Source of the DNA: a virus
DNA: 64,000 nucleotides
Direction: 5' to 3' (one strand)
IMG/VR virus record: IMGVR_UViG_3300032323_000939
Coordinates: 1 to 64,000 of that record
The translations under genes were made by a program, and so were the position numbers. The number at the start of each line of letters is the position of its first letter. The stretch's first letter is position 1. This document shows positions 46,261 through 56,179 of this stretch, piece by piece. The notes under the pieces are model-generated. The model searched no databases. It was not told the DNA's origin and was given only the letters and a program-made list of their open reading frames with translations.

Positions 46261-47463
46261 TTACACTGGAAACACTAGACTAGAAAGCCAAGCAGAGGTT
46301 GAGTCAGGGGTAACATTCCCATTAGTGTAAACAGTGATGTGCGTTAACTCAGAGGTGCCAAATTTTTGAGCAGGAATTACAACATCTACAGTTGGTCTAT
46401 ACTCAACTGGCAAATTAAACGCTGTAGAATTAGCAGTTCCACCAGATACATTTCCTCGTAAATAAACTACTCCATCTATTTTTTTATATGCTGGTGAGTT
46501 ACCTCCTGTATAACTATTGCTAAAAGAAGAAATTGAAATCCAACCAGAATCTGTAGTTGCACCAGAAGGACCCTGTGTGCCTTGAGTGCCCTGTGCACCA
46601 GTTCCACTAGCACCTTGTATACCGACTGTGCCTTGAATACCCTGTACTCCCTGAACGCCTTGTGCACCTTGTGCTACTGCGGAACCACTAAGTCCTTGAG
46701 CACCATTAAATCCTTGGACTCCTTGAGAGCCATCTCTACCCTGAACTCCTTGAGCGCCTAATGTTCCTTGAGTTCCTTGTAATCCTTGTACACCAATGTT
46801 TCCTCTTGTACCTTGAACTCCTTGTGCAGCAAATGCACCGTCTAATCCTTGAGTTCCTAGGGCACCTTGCACACCTTGAGTACCACGAGTTCCTTGTGTA
46901 CCTTGAATTCCATCATTACCAACGGTGCCCTGAATACCTTGTGCACCTTGTGCACCAACAGTTCCAGTTCTACCTTGAACACCCTGCGTCCCTTGGGAAC
47001 CAGTTGCACCTTGAGCGCCAGTTAATCCCTGTGCACCACGGGTGCCTTGCACACCTTGAGTTCCTGTAGCACCTTGTGTACCAGTATCGCCCTTAGTTCC
47101 TTGTACGCCTTGAGCGCCAGTAGATCCCTGCGTACCAAGTGCTCCTTGAGATCCAAGTGTGCCCTGTGCGCCAACAGTTCCTTGCGTGCCCTGTGAACCA
47201 GTCGCACCAGTAGATCCCTGTGTTCCTAACAATCCCTGTGTACCTTGTGATCCTGCAGTACCTGCAGTGCCTTGTGTACCTGCCCCAGTTGCACCACGAG
47301 AACCTTGTACACCAGTTCTACCTTGCACACCTTGCGGTCCTTGAATGCCTTGAAGAGTTGCGTCTGTTTCAATTCCTTGAACTCTTGTATTTAAATTATC
47401 TAATGCAGCATTTAAAGTAACATCCCAATTATTTGCACCTCTAACTGGCTTAACAAATGTCAT
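46261..47463 (-). CDS. Collagen-like fibre protein (Gly-X-Gln) with C-terminal globular tip
   Basis: Long GxQ repeats; DSGW...YKKIDGVVYLRG...LP.EYRP tip domain. Confidence 0.9.
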   Translation of the reverse strand: MTFVKPVRGANNWDVTLNAALDNLNTRVQGIETDATLQGIQGPQGVQGRTGVQGSRGATGAGTQGTAGTAGSQGTQGLLGTQGSTGATGSQGTQGTVGAQGTLGSQGALGTQGSTGAQGVQGTKGDTGTQGATGTQGVQGTRGAQGLTGAQGATGSQGTQGVQGRTGTVGAQGAQGIQGTVGNDGIQGTQGTRGTQGVQGALGTQGLDGAFAAQGVQGTRGNIGVQGLQGTQGTLGAQGVQGRDGSQGVQGFNGAQGLSGSAVAQGAQGVQGVQGIQGTVGIQGASGTGAQGTQGTQGPSGATTDSGWISISSFSNSYTGGNSPAYKKIDGVVYLRGNVSGGTANSTAFNLPVEYRPTVDVVIPAQKFGTSELTHITVYTNGNVTPDSTSAWLSSLVFPV

Positions 47464-47475
47464 TAGATACCTTTC

Positions 47476-48069
47476 CTAAACTCCATAAGTTTCACTACCA
47501 AATTCGCCCTCACCAAATCCATCATTAACTGTAAGTGGAGAGTACTCACCGTTAAACTGTGGATCATTAACCAATTCTTCTGGGTTAACTTGATTACAGT
47601 CAATAGTTACTACCGCATAATTCTCAGCGTAATGACCACGAGGAAGGACACGAGTAGGAACAAAGACTATATCTTGATAAACAATTCTATCTTTTATATG
47701 GTCATTTGGATTGGTAAGCATGCTAGGCACTAACCTGTTTAAATCCGCAACGCTAATAACTAAACGCAAGGTATCGACGGTGTAGAAACCTCGTTCGTTC
47801 ATGACGTTGGTACCACGAATAACCTGAGCCAGAATTACAGGCATCTTAAATGAATCGTTCCATCGGCGGCCCTTGCCATCTGTCTGATTTGATACATCGT
47901 AAATTGGGTCTACGTAGTTGTCGTAATCAGCGACTAATGCGGCATCGTCCCAAACCCACCAGTCAACCTCAGTACCAACGGGATCACGAAGTTCGTCAAC
48001 GATGCCTTCATCAATTGACTTGTTCTCAAAGGGGATCTTAAATCTTCCCTGAACTTTAGTTCCACGCAT
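47476..48069 (-). CDS. Head closure/neck protein
   Basis: DPIYDV...RGFYTVDTL...DRIVY; synteny. Confidence 0.6.
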   Translation of the reverse strand: MRGTKVQGRFKIPFENKSIDEGIVDELRDPVGTEVDWWVWDDAALVADYDNYVDPIYDVSNQTDGKGRRWNDSFKMPVILAQVIRGTNVMNERGFYTVDTLRLVISVADLNRLVPSMLTNPNDHIKDRIVYQDIVFVPTRVLPRGHYAENYAVVTIDCNQVNPEELVNDPQFNGEYSPLTVNDGFGEGEFGSETYGV

Positions 48070-48113
48070 AGAGGGTATTGTCCCTTATGAAGGCTAGGAA
48101 TAAAGGATAAAAA

Positions 48114-48809
48114 TTAAGCCTTGCTATTCCAGTATAGGTTGTAGTAATCGGCGTTTAATTGGAACCTTTTTATGTGGGTTGCAATCGCTCCAGTATGGGC
48201 ATGCAAAGGAATTCCTACTTTTTTTAACTTTCTAAAAAAGGACACATCTTCACTTATAAACTCGTCCCCTACACCTACTTGTTCAGCAAACAACGATTCA
48301 TTCGGGTACTTATTTTTTAGTTTTTCAATAATTGATTTATGCATTAATACCAGTCCCATTCCAGCAGAATCGCATCTAATAACTTGGTTTTGTGGTAGTG
48401 GGTGAATAAACTCTACTTGAAAAGTATTTTCTTCAACATCGTTAAAAACAACTGGGTAAGGAACCATTAACGATCCATCTAATTCTTTTGATACAAAATA
48501 AACACCAGTTATAACTGGATGCGTATCTTTGTCTGCAACATCCCAAAGTTTTTGTAGTACATCAATTGTTACACAGATATCCGAGTCTACCCACAGTAAC
48601 CAATCACTCTTTAAAGTATTTGACCAATAATCAAAAAGAACTTGACGTTGCCTTCCTATTTGGTTTCCTTCAACACGAACTGAAGATGAAATATGTATTC
48701 CATTTTTAGGACCAGAAACTAGAGCACCTACAATTCCATCTGTAAATCTACCATCAGTTGTCCCATTATCGCACCAACCAATAGAGACTTTTTCATTGTT
48801 TTCTATCAT
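48114..48809 (-). CDS. GT-A fold (GT2-like) glycosyltransferase
   Basis: WLLWVDSD DxD, GMGLVL, SEDVSF, H.K. Confidence 0.75.
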   Translation of the reverse strand: MIENNEKVSIGWCDNGTTDGRFTDGIVGALVSGPKNGIHISSSVRVEGNQIGRQRQVLFDYWSNTLKSDWLLWVDSDICVTIDVLQKLWDVADKDTHPVITGVYFVSKELDGSLMVPYPVVFNDVEENTFQVEFIHPLPQNQVIRCDSAGMGLVLMHKSIIEKLKNKYPNESLFAEQVGVGDEFISEDVSFFRKLKKVGIPLHAHTGAIATHIKRFQLNADYYNLYWNSKA

Positions 48810-48810
48810 T

Positions 48811-49491
48811 TTAGTTGAACTCCTTACGAGTCCAAAACATTGTTTTATATTTATCAAAAAATTTTGTAACTAATATACTAGTTACTTTATTCTGTTCTTT
48901 TATTTCTTTTTCAAATCCTAGTTTTATTTGCCATTTGTCTCTTTTAAAAGGTATAACTTGTGCTATTGGAGTTCCTTTTGGAATGAGTCCTTCAAAGTTA
49001 GGATCATTAACAATAAAAGGAAAATTAACTGGAGCAGTATAAGTATCCGTATCTACAATTCCTGGAAGAATAGTAAATACTGCTTCTCTGTGCATTGGTT
49101 GGGTAAATAAAGTTGAATATCCTTTAGGAGTTTTAACAGCCCAAGGGTTCATCCATTTAGGATAAGCGTGTTGATTACGTGCTGGATGGTTAGGCGCTTG
49201 TTCAATTGGGTGGAAACTTATAAGCCCCAAAGAAGACCATTCAAAAAATTGAATACTTTCTTTAAGACTTACGTATACATCAGCAGGTGAAGTAATGATA
49301 TACCCAGCAGTTATAGCATCAAATACTGGTATACAACGTTTTATTGTAGCATCAGTAGCGCCTGCACCAGTTGGTTTTTTAATGTTGCCAATATAAGATT
49401 TAGTGTCTTTGTACCAATCTGGTGTAAATTTGGAAGCAGGTTGTGGCTGTTCTATGTCCACACCAGATGTGTTAGTAAATGTGATCTCCAT
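48811..49491 (-). CDS. DUF6065-like protein (paralogue 3)
   Basis: PDWYK, KRCIPVFD..TAGY, GIVDTD, GTPIAQVIPFKR..W. Confidence 0.65.
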   Translation of the reverse strand: MEITFTNTSGVDIEQPQPASKFTPDWYKDTKSYIGNIKKPTGAGATDATIKRCIPVFDAITAGYIITSPADVYVSLKESIQFFEWSSLGLISFHPIEQAPNHPARNQHAYPKWMNPWAVKTPKGYSTLFTQPMHREAVFTILPGIVDTDTYTAPVNFPFIVNDPNFEGLIPKGTPIAQVIPFKRDKWQIKLGFEKEIKEQNKVTSILVTKFFDKYKTMFWTRKEFN

Positions 49492-49581
49492 GTTACGCCT
49501 CGTTACTAATTGATGATTGTTGTATCTTATAACATCAAAAAGAATTTTGGCAAACTTTTATATGCGTTACTTTTAAATTGG

Positions 49582-49929
49582 TTATTCTATTTCTTTCCAA
49601 TTTACGTCTTCTTCTGACCAATCATATCTTTTTCCATCAGTAGGGTAACTAATAGGTGGCACCCAATTACATGTTGTTTCATCTAATACTGATGATGGAT
49701 AAGGTTTTGGTCCAATAAACGCATCTCTTTCTTCATCGTACGTAAAACCAATTCCAGCATAATTTTTACGAAACCCATTAGTTGCGGCATTGTAGGATGT
49801 TTTTACCCACCTGCCACCAAGATTATTGACTAACCAGGAGTAACCCTCATCACCAGCAGGGTCATTGTTATCCCCAACAAGAACTCGGATAACTTTGTTA
49901 TCAGCGTCTAATTCAGCCCAATGTGACAT
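49582..49929 (-). CDS. Conserved fibre-associated protein (putative assembly factor for Gly-rich tips)
   Basis: W.KTSYN...FRKNYAGIG.TYD..RDAFI.PKPYPS. Confidence 0.65.
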   Translation of the reverse strand: MSHWAELDADNKVIRVLVGDNNDPAGDEGYSWLVNNLGGRWVKTSYNAATNGFRKNYAGIGFTYDEERDAFIGPKPYPSSVLDETTCNWVPPISYPTDGKRYDWSEEDVNWKEIE

Positions 49930-49950
49930 TTTATCTCTTTTCTCTCTGTG

Positions 49951-50667
49951 TTATTCAAACCAAGTAACAAAACATACGCCAGACCCACCAGCACCACCAT
50001 TACCACCACTACCATCACTAGAGCCACCACCGCCGCCTCCGCCACCAACGTTTACAGATCCTGACGCAGCATTTTCACCCTCTCCACCATCTCCCCCACC
50101 AGCGGCACCAGGAGTTAATCTTCTTCCAACGCTATTGGTTCCGTACCAACCCCCTACACCACCACCGCCACCAAACCCAAAACCTCCAGGTTGACCAGGA
50201 GTTGGATCAAAAGAATAACTAAGGTTACCAGTTTGCGCAGTTGAGTCTGATACTCCACCTCTTCCAGAACCTTCAGGAACAGAAAGAGTTCCACCTTGGA
50301 TTGTCCCACCTTCTGAAGTTAGCAAGTTACCAAAACTAGAAGCACCACCTGAATTTGGTGCAGATCCGCCACCTCTAACACCACCAGTACCACCAGCACC
50401 AATTGTCACAGTTACATTTCCAGATGCAATTTCAAAACTTCTATTTTTAACTGCTCCACCAGAACCGCCAGAAGCGCCTTGCGATTGACTAAAGTTTGCT
50501 TGTCTACCACCAGCACCGCCACCTACTAATAATACTTCAACACTTCCACCGTAATTAGATACAGTTGGTACAGCGAATGTTCCACTGGCATTAAAGACCT
50601 GCTGTTTTTTTGAACGCACTCCACCACCACCACCTGCTGATGGAATTGGAAATACTGAAAGTCCCAT
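49951..50667 (-). CDS. Glycine-rich fibre tip/adhesin-like protein (copy B)
   Basis: F.ASGTF, VLLVGGGAGG, GGAGGSGV. Confidence 0.8.
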   Translation of the reverse strand: MGLSVFPIPSAGGGGGVRSKKQQVFNASGTFAVPTVSNYGGSVEVLLVGGGAGGRQANFSQSQGASGGSGGAVKNRSFEIASGNVTVTIGAGGTGGVRGGGSAPNSGGASSFGNLLTSEGGTIQGGTLSVPEGSGRGGVSDSTAQTGNLSYSFDPTPGQPGGFGFGGGGGVGGWYGTNSVGRRLTPGAAGGGDGGEGENAASGSVNVGGGGGGGGSSDGSGGNGGAGGSGVCFVTWFE

Positions 50668-50685
50668 AATGTGTTTTATCCTTTT

Positions 50686-51396
50686 CTATTCAAACCAAGT
50701 AACAAGACATACGCCAGACCCACCAGCACCACCAGAGCCACCGCTAGAGTTGTCTGAACTTCCGCCGCCGCCACCACCGCCAGCATTCACAGATCCTGAC
50801 GCAGCAGTACCAGGTCCTTCACCACCATCTCCACCACCAGCGCCGCCAACAGATCTTCTTCTACCAAGGTTTGTATGAGCACCAGCACCGCCGCCGCCAG
50901 AGAAACCAAAAGTTCCAGGTTGACCAGGAATTTCAGTCCATGAAACTTCAGTATTTCCATTGCTGCCAAAACTTGTTTGTATTCCACCTCTTCCAGAACC
51001 TTCAGGATTAGAAATAGTTCCACCTGAGATTGCTCCACCTTCTGAAGTTAGCAAGTTACCAAAACTAGAAGCACCACCTGCACTTGGTGCGGCTCCAAAG
51101 TTTGCAACACCACCATTACCACCAGCACCTACTGTTACAGTTACAGATGCGCCAGATGTTACTGCAAGAACTCTACGCTTTACTGCTCCGCCAGAACCAC
51201 CTGCTCCAGATGCGCCAGGATGATTTGCTTGTCTACCACCAGCGCCGCCACCTACTAATAGTACTTCAACATTGCCACCGTAATTAGATACGGTTGGCGC
51301 AGTAAAAGTTCCAGTAGAATTAAATGTCTGTTGTCTCTGCTTAGTTATTGCAGCGCCACCACCGCTAGATGGAGTTGGAAATACTGATATTCCCAT
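50686..51396 (-). CDS. Glycine-rich fibre tip/adhesin-like protein (copy A)
   Basis: Tandem paralogue of 49951-50667. Confidence 0.8.
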   Translation of the reverse strand: MGISVFPTPSSGGGAAITKQRQQTFNSTGTFTAPTVSNYGGNVEVLLVGGGAGGRQANHPGASGAGGSGGAVKRRVLAVTSGASVTVTVGAGGNGGVANFGAAPSAGGASSFGNLLTSEGGAISGGTISNPEGSGRGGIQTSFGSNGNTEVSWTEIPGQPGTFGFSGGGGAGAHTNLGRRRSVGGAGGGDGGEGPGTAASGSVNAGGGGGGGSSDNSSGGSGGAGGSGVCLVTWFE

Positions 51397-51710
51397 TAAA
51401 CTATCTCCACTCCTGAAATGTGAAAATTCACTGTTGTTGCCGAGGCAGACCCTGTAATTGTTTTAGGAGTTGCATTTGCTGGGATAACTTGTTTTAAATC
51501 AAAGTAAGCAGTTGAGTTTGCAGCAAGTGATGAGCCAGACTGAATTGCAACACTGTCAATATTTATTGTAAAAGTTGCAGCAGAAGTTGCTGTATTTGTT
51601 ACGGCAATATTGGTTACTACAGTTGTTGTAGAAGTGTTGGGAACTGTGTATAGAGTTGTGTTTGAGGTCGCTGCAGCAGTTCTTGCTAGGACCTTTGAGG
51701 TTACAGCCAT
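51396..51710 (-). CDS. Small virion beta-sandwich protein
   Basis: TLYTVP...VTNI.VTN...VNFHISGVEI. Confidence 0.65.
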   Translation of the reverse strand: MAVTSKVLARTAAATSNTTLYTVPNTSTTTVVTNIAVTNTATSAATFTINIDSVAIQSGSSLAANSTAYFDLKQVIPANATPKTITGSASATTVNFHISGVEIV

Positions 51711-51782
51711 GAGTTACTGTCCTTTCGGGAGGTTATGAGGTATAGATTAAAGGTTAGTTTTAGGCTGTGTGTGCTAAACATA

Positions 51783-51800
51783 TGCTAATGTTTGGGCATG
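51783..51800 (+). promoter_or_regulatory. Extended -10 promoter for probable leaderless transcript
   Basis: TG-c-TAATGT-N6-ATG, no SD. Confidence 0.55.
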
Positions 51801-52799
51801 AATTTGGTACAAAAATCGGTATCTATGGGCGGAAAATTAGCACCCATAATTCTCCCTGGTAATGAGACCTCTGGCATGGGCTTAATGAACCCCTCCGTCT
51901 ACATAGACAAAGATGGCGATATCCTTTTAAATTTGCGCCACGTTAACTACACCTTGTATCACTCAGAGAATGATCAGAAGTTCCCATGTCCATGGGGCCC
52001 ACTCTCTTACCTTCACCCAGAAAAAGATCAGAGATTAGTAACGACTAATTTCTTATGTCTTTTAGATAAAGACTTAAATCTTGTTAAACACACCAAGGTA
52101 GATTACTCAAAGTTTGATGTTAAGCCTCTCTGGGAGTTTGTTGGCGAAGAAGATTGCCGAGTAGTCCAATGGGATGATGAGTACTACCTAATTGGTGTAC
52201 GAAGAGATACAACTCCTAATGGCCAGGGCCGAATGGAGTACAGCAAGGTTGAGATTGATAAAGAGGCTTGGACGGTTAAAGAGGTCTCTAGATTAAGAAT
52301 CCCACCCCCAATAGATCCTAACTCTTACTGTGAAAAGAACTGGATGCCTATTATTGACATGCCGTTTCACTTTGTTAAGTGGGCTATGCCTACAGAGGTT
52401 GTTTGGGCTAATCCAGAAAAGCAAGAGACTAAACAAGTTATTGTAAAAGATACTCCACGCCCAAAGATTGATCAACGAGGTGGCTCTCACGTTGTTAGGT
52501 GGGGTGAGTACTACATAACAGTTACTCATGAGGTAAGACTTTGGAAAAATTATTTAAACCAGAAGGACTCCGTATATCGTCATAGAGTAATCGTTTGGGA
52601 TAAAGAGTTTAATTATTTGGGGTTAAGTAATGAGTTTTCCTTTTTAGATACTCCAATTGAATTCTGCGTAGGTGCGGCAATACAGGGTGAAGACTTGCTA
52701 CTAAGTTTTGGCGTCCAAGACAATGCTGCATTTGTTCTTAGAACTCCTGCGGCAGTTGTTAACGGACTTATATCGGAGGCATTAAAGAATGCAAATTGA
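51798..52799 (+). CDS. Five-bladed beta-propeller glycosidase/phosphorylase-like protein (GH43/GH130-like)
   Basis: NPSV, GEEDCR, EKNWMP, RGGS, IEFC.G, SFGVQD. Confidence 0.7.
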   Translation: MNLVQKSVSMGGKLAPIILPGNETSGMGLMNPSVYIDKDGDILLNLRHVNYTLYHSENDQKFPCPWGPLSYLHPEKDQRLVTTNFLCLLDKDLNLVKHTKVDYSKFDVKPLWEFVGEEDCRVVQWDDEYYLIGVRRDTTPNGQGRMEYSKVEIDKEAWTVKEVSRLRIPPPIDPNSYCEKNWMPIIDMPFHFVKWAMPTEVVWANPEKQETKQVIVKDTPRPKIDQRGGSHVVRWGEYYITVTHEVRLWKNYLNQKDSVYRHRVIVWDKEFNYLGLSNEFSFLDTPIEFCVGAAIQGEDLLLSFGVQDNAAFVLRTPAAVVNGLISEALKNAN

Positions 52800-53352
52800 A
52801 CAATTAACTATTGAGTTGTCTGCAGATTCGTTTAATGCCGAAAAGAATTTTGCATTAGCACTAGAGTATGAGCGTCTTGGGCAGTTAGCCTCAGCAGCAG
52901 GCTTCTACTTAAGGGCCGCAGAGTTTGGCTATAAAACAAATCCAATTATTGCTTATACCTCCCTCTTAAAGATGGCTTTGTGTTTTGATAAGCAACAGGA
53001 TAGAGGTGGCACAGTAATAACTAATCTACTTGAGGCTATCGCATTCTTACCTGGTAGACCAGAGGCATACTTCCTACTATCTCGCATATATGAAAAGAAC
53101 AAGAAGTGGCATGAGTGCTACACATTTGCAGAGTTAGGTCTTACTGCATCAGCGGCTTCAGTTAACTTTCCATTGCCAGCATCTGTTGATTATCATGGCT
53201 CATACTGCTTAAAGTTTGAGAAGGCTGTGAGTGGCTGGTGGATAGGTCGCAAGGATGAGAGCAAGGCGTTGTTTATTTACCTACTTGATGAATATCGAAT
53301 GGCTCCTGAGTATGTGAGTGGCTGTGTAAATAACTTAAGGCTGTTTGAATGA
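52789..53352 (+). CDS. TPR-repeat protein
   Basis: ALEYE..G..ASA..FYLRAAE; P.RPEAYFLLS. Confidence 0.75.
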   Translation: MQIEQLTIELSADSFNAEKNFALALEYERLGQLASAAGFYLRAAEFGYKTNPIIAYTSLLKMALCFDKQQDRGGTVITNLLEAIAFLPGRPEAYFLLSRIYEKNKKWHECYTFAELGLTASAASVNFPLPASVDYHGSYCLKFEKAVSGWWIGRKDESKALFIYLLDEYRMAPEYVSGCVNNLRLFE

Positions 53353-53885
53353 AATTTCCAAACTGGTTTAAAAGCGTAGAAGGATACTTTCGCCACGTAC
53401 CCAATGAGCCACTACGGGCTCTACAAATTGGTACATATACAGGGGATGCTACCGCTTGGCTACTAGCCAATAGAGAAGTAGAGATGCTATACGACGTGGA
53501 CACTTGGCAAGGTAGCGATGAGCAAGCACACGACTCTTTAGACTTTTCCTCAATAGAAAAATACTACGACTTTAGATTTACAGATAATAAAAATATTACA
53601 AAGTGCAAGATGACTAGTGATGAATTCTTTAGTAAGACTACGCATACCTTTAACTTTATCTACATTGATGGAGACCACACAGCATTACAAACCGCTCTTG
53701 ATGGATTAAATGCATTTAAGGTTCTTGAGCCAGGTGGAGTAATGGCCTTTGATGATTACGAATGGTATTACGGTGGTAAGAAGTTCTTAGAACCTAAACG
53801 TGGTGTTGACGCATTCCTGTCAGTGTGTGAAGGTGAATACAAGATTATTGAAACTGGTTATCAGGTGTGGATTAAGAAGTGCTAG
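53349..53885 (+). CDS. Class I SAM-dependent methyltransferase (Methyltransf_24-like)
   Basis: LQIGTYTG, VDTW, FIYIDGDH, L.PGG...FDDY. Confidence 0.85.
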   Translation: MKFPNWFKSVEGYFRHVPNEPLRALQIGTYTGDATAWLLANREVEMLYDVDTWQGSDEQAHDSLDFSSIEKYYDFRFTDNKNITKCKMTSDEFFSKTTHTFNFIYIDGDHTALQTALDGLNAFKVLEPGGVMAFDDYEWYYGGKKFLEPKRGVDAFLSVCEGEYKIIETGYQVWIKKC

Positions 53886-54610
53886 ATAAGTGTACCTTTG
53901 AAGTATTTCATACCGATACGGGTAACTCACTTCGTAATCAATCTTACAATAATATCCTAGAGACAATGGCTGAGGTACCTAGACTTGGATCTCCTACCTA
54001 TTACTTAAACACAAAAGAAAAAGCAGAACAATACCTATCTCAAGAAGATGCAGTAAAAATAAACGTAGTTGAAGATTATGCCCAACCAGGGGAGACCTTC
54101 CCTCCTAGTTCTGGAGTAGTTGGAGTATGGGCTAGTAACTATGAGGCGTATAAAGCCTTCTTAGAGACTGATAAAGAGTACCTAATTATTTTTGAAGACG
54201 ATGTAGTACTTAGCAAGAATTTCTTGACGGTATTAGAAACTTATGTAAAGGAATTGCCATATGACTGGGATTTCTTTTCTTTCTTTGTTCCTGATGATTC
54301 TTTATTTGCATACACTCAAGAACATAATATTGGGCAATTATTTGTGTGTAGGTCATATCAGCAGTGGTCATGCGCTGGCTATATAGTCAGTAGGCAGGGT
54401 GCTGAGAATGTCTTACGTAAGGTAAGGAACCAAGGAGCCAGTGCCCCAATAGATTGGTTTATATTTAATTTTAGAATGAAGAAAGAGGATAACCAGCCAG
54501 TATTTGAGACCTACACTTTAAAGCCGCATGTGTATAAGCCAATTAAGTTTTTATTAGGCGCAGCACAGTACAGTCAAATACATAATGGCAGTACAGAAGT
54601 TATTGTTTAG
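53879..54610 (+). CDS. GT25-like glycosyltransferase
   Basis: [32 protein letters not shown]. Confidence 0.8.
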   Translation: MLDKCTFEVFHTDTGNSLRNQSYNNILETMAEVPRLGSPTYYLNTKEKAEQYLSQEDAVKINVVEDYAQPGETFPPSSGVVGVWASNYEAYKAFLETDKEYLIIFEDDVVLSKNFLTVLETYVKELPYDWDFFSFFVPDDSLFAYTQEHNIGQLFVCRSYQQWSCAGYIVSRQGAENVLRKVRNQGASAPIDWFIFNFRMKKEDNQPVFETYTLKPHVYKPIKFLLGAAQYSQIHNGSTEVIV

Positions 54611-55893
54611 TAAATACCCATAACTATTTCTTCTGCAGTTACTGTACCTGTTGGAGCAGTTCCTGCTGTTCCTTGAGCACCCAAAGTTCCTTGTGTACCT
54701 TGCGAACCAATAGTTCCTTGAGTTCCAACACCAAGTGTTCCTTGCGTACCCTGTGCACCTGTAGCGCCTTGAGAACCTAATGCACCCTGAGAACCAACAG
54801 TTCCTTGAGCACCTGTGTTACCTAATGTTCCCTGTACTCCTTGGGTTCCTTGAGTACCCTGAACTCCTTGAGCGCCTAGTGTTCCTTGAACTCCTTGAGA
54901 TCCAACAGTTCCTTGTGAACCTTGTGCACCAGTTAATCCTTGAAGGCCTGTTGTAAAGAGAATTAATTCAATAGCATTATTGTTAGCAAATGAGTTATTT
55001 CCAGCGCCACCATCACCTGTTCTTGTTACTGGAATCTTTACATAACTATTTGTTACAACAGTTACAGCGCCAGTTACTTCATAAGTAATGTAGATATTTG
55101 AATCGGCTTTTTCTTGGATAATGATGTTGTCGTACTGCTTAACAAGTCCTAGATAGACGTCAATATCAACAGCACTGTCATTGATGTGGTCTACGTAGAG
55201 GAAGGTTGCAGATGTCTGCGTTGTGTTATTCCAACGAAGTTTTCCTGCACCTGGACGAGCATCTGCTGTTGTTGTATCAGCCTTGTAGTTAAAGTTAGAG
55301 GTAGAACCACCATTTAAACCAGCAGTACCTTGAACACCCTGTGCACCGTCTACGCCCTGTGTACCTTGAACGCCTTGAACTCCTTGTGTTCCTTGTATAC
55401 CTTGAACGCCTTGAGTACCATCAGTTCCTTGTGTGCCCTGAGTTCCCTGAGTTCCCTGAGTACCCTGAGTACCTTGAGTTCCTTGAATAGAAAGACTCTG
55501 TACACCTTGGGTTCCTTGGATGCCTTGAGTTCCTTGTGTACCTTGGGTGCCCTGTACTCCTTGTGCACCGTCTACACCTTGAGTGCCCTGTGTACCTTGG
55601 GTTCCTTGAGAACCAGTTTCTCCCTGTACACCTTGTAAACCCTGTACTCCTTGAACGCCCTGTAATCCTTGAACACCCTGCAAACCTTGAACGCCTTGAA
55701 CTCCTTGAACTCCTTGAACTCCCTGAATACCCTGTAATCCACCATAGGCTAAACCAGCCCAGTCAGATGTTCCGTTACCAACTTTAAATTTACCAGTGTC
55801 TGTCTCTGTTCCTACTTCACCAGCAGCAAGCGTTGGATTATTAGCAGTCCATTGAGCCGCAGTACCACGACGTAGTTTGATTGTTACTGACAT
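54607..55893 (-). CDS. Collagen-like fibre protein with Mtd/hyaluronidase-type N-terminal domain
   Basis: [11 protein letters not shown]...[16 protein letters not shown] then GxQ repeats. Confidence 0.9.
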   Translation of the reverse strand: MSVTIKLRRGTAAQWTANNPTLAAGEVGTETDTGKFKVGNGTSDWAGLAYGGLQGIQGVQGVQGVQGVQGLQGVQGLQGVQGVQGLQGVQGETGSQGTQGTQGTQGVDGAQGVQGTQGTQGTQGIQGTQGVQSLSIQGTQGTQGTQGTQGTQGTQGTDGTQGVQGIQGTQGVQGVQGTQGVDGAQGVQGTAGLNGGSTSNFNYKADTTTADARPGAGKLRWNNTTQTSATFLYVDHINDSAVDIDVYLGLVKQYDNIIIQEKADSNIYITYEVTGAVTVVTNSYVKIPVTRTGDGGAGNNSFANNNAIELILFTTGLQGLTGAQGSQGTVGSQGVQGTLGAQGVQGTQGTQGVQGTLGNTGAQGTVGSQGALGSQGATGAQGTQGTLGVGTQGTIGSQGTQGTLGAQGTAGTAPTGTVTAEEIVMGIY

Positions 55894-56174
55894 TAAATTA
55901 CTCCTCCACCATCATAGGAACTTGTATACGTATCACTGCCGCCTGCTTCGTCTCCTCCATCGGCTACACCTGTTACAGTGTCAGAACCACCAACTTCATC
56001 TCCACCCTCAACTATATCTGCAGAAACGTTTGTTGTAATTTCAAGCCACTGCACTCCGTCAAATACATACACATTACGTGCATCTGTATTGTAGTAGATG
56101 TCACCTACATACCTGCCAGTAGGCTCTGTGCCTACGGCAAGTACGTTGATAGGTACGAGGGCTCTTTTACTCAT
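55893..56174 (-). CDS. Small fibre-associated protein
   Basis: GDIYYNT...YVFDG..W knot motif; acidic DGG repeats. Confidence 0.7.
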   Translation of the reverse strand: MSKRALVPINVLAVGTEPTGRYVGDIYYNTDARNVYVFDGVQWLEITTNVSADIVEGGDEVGGSDTVTGVADGGDEAGGSDTYTSSYDGGGVI

Positions 56175-56179
56175 AGTAG

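Noticed and set aside
49951-51396. Diversity-generating retroelement TR/VR pair
   Set aside because: Both copies are full genes, differences include indels and are not adenine-specific, and there is no reverse transcriptase in the window
51711-54610. Invertible (phase-variable) segment
   Set aside because: No flanking inverted repeats or invertase seen; the 3' end overlaps the convergent collagen stop, suggesting a fixed arrangement
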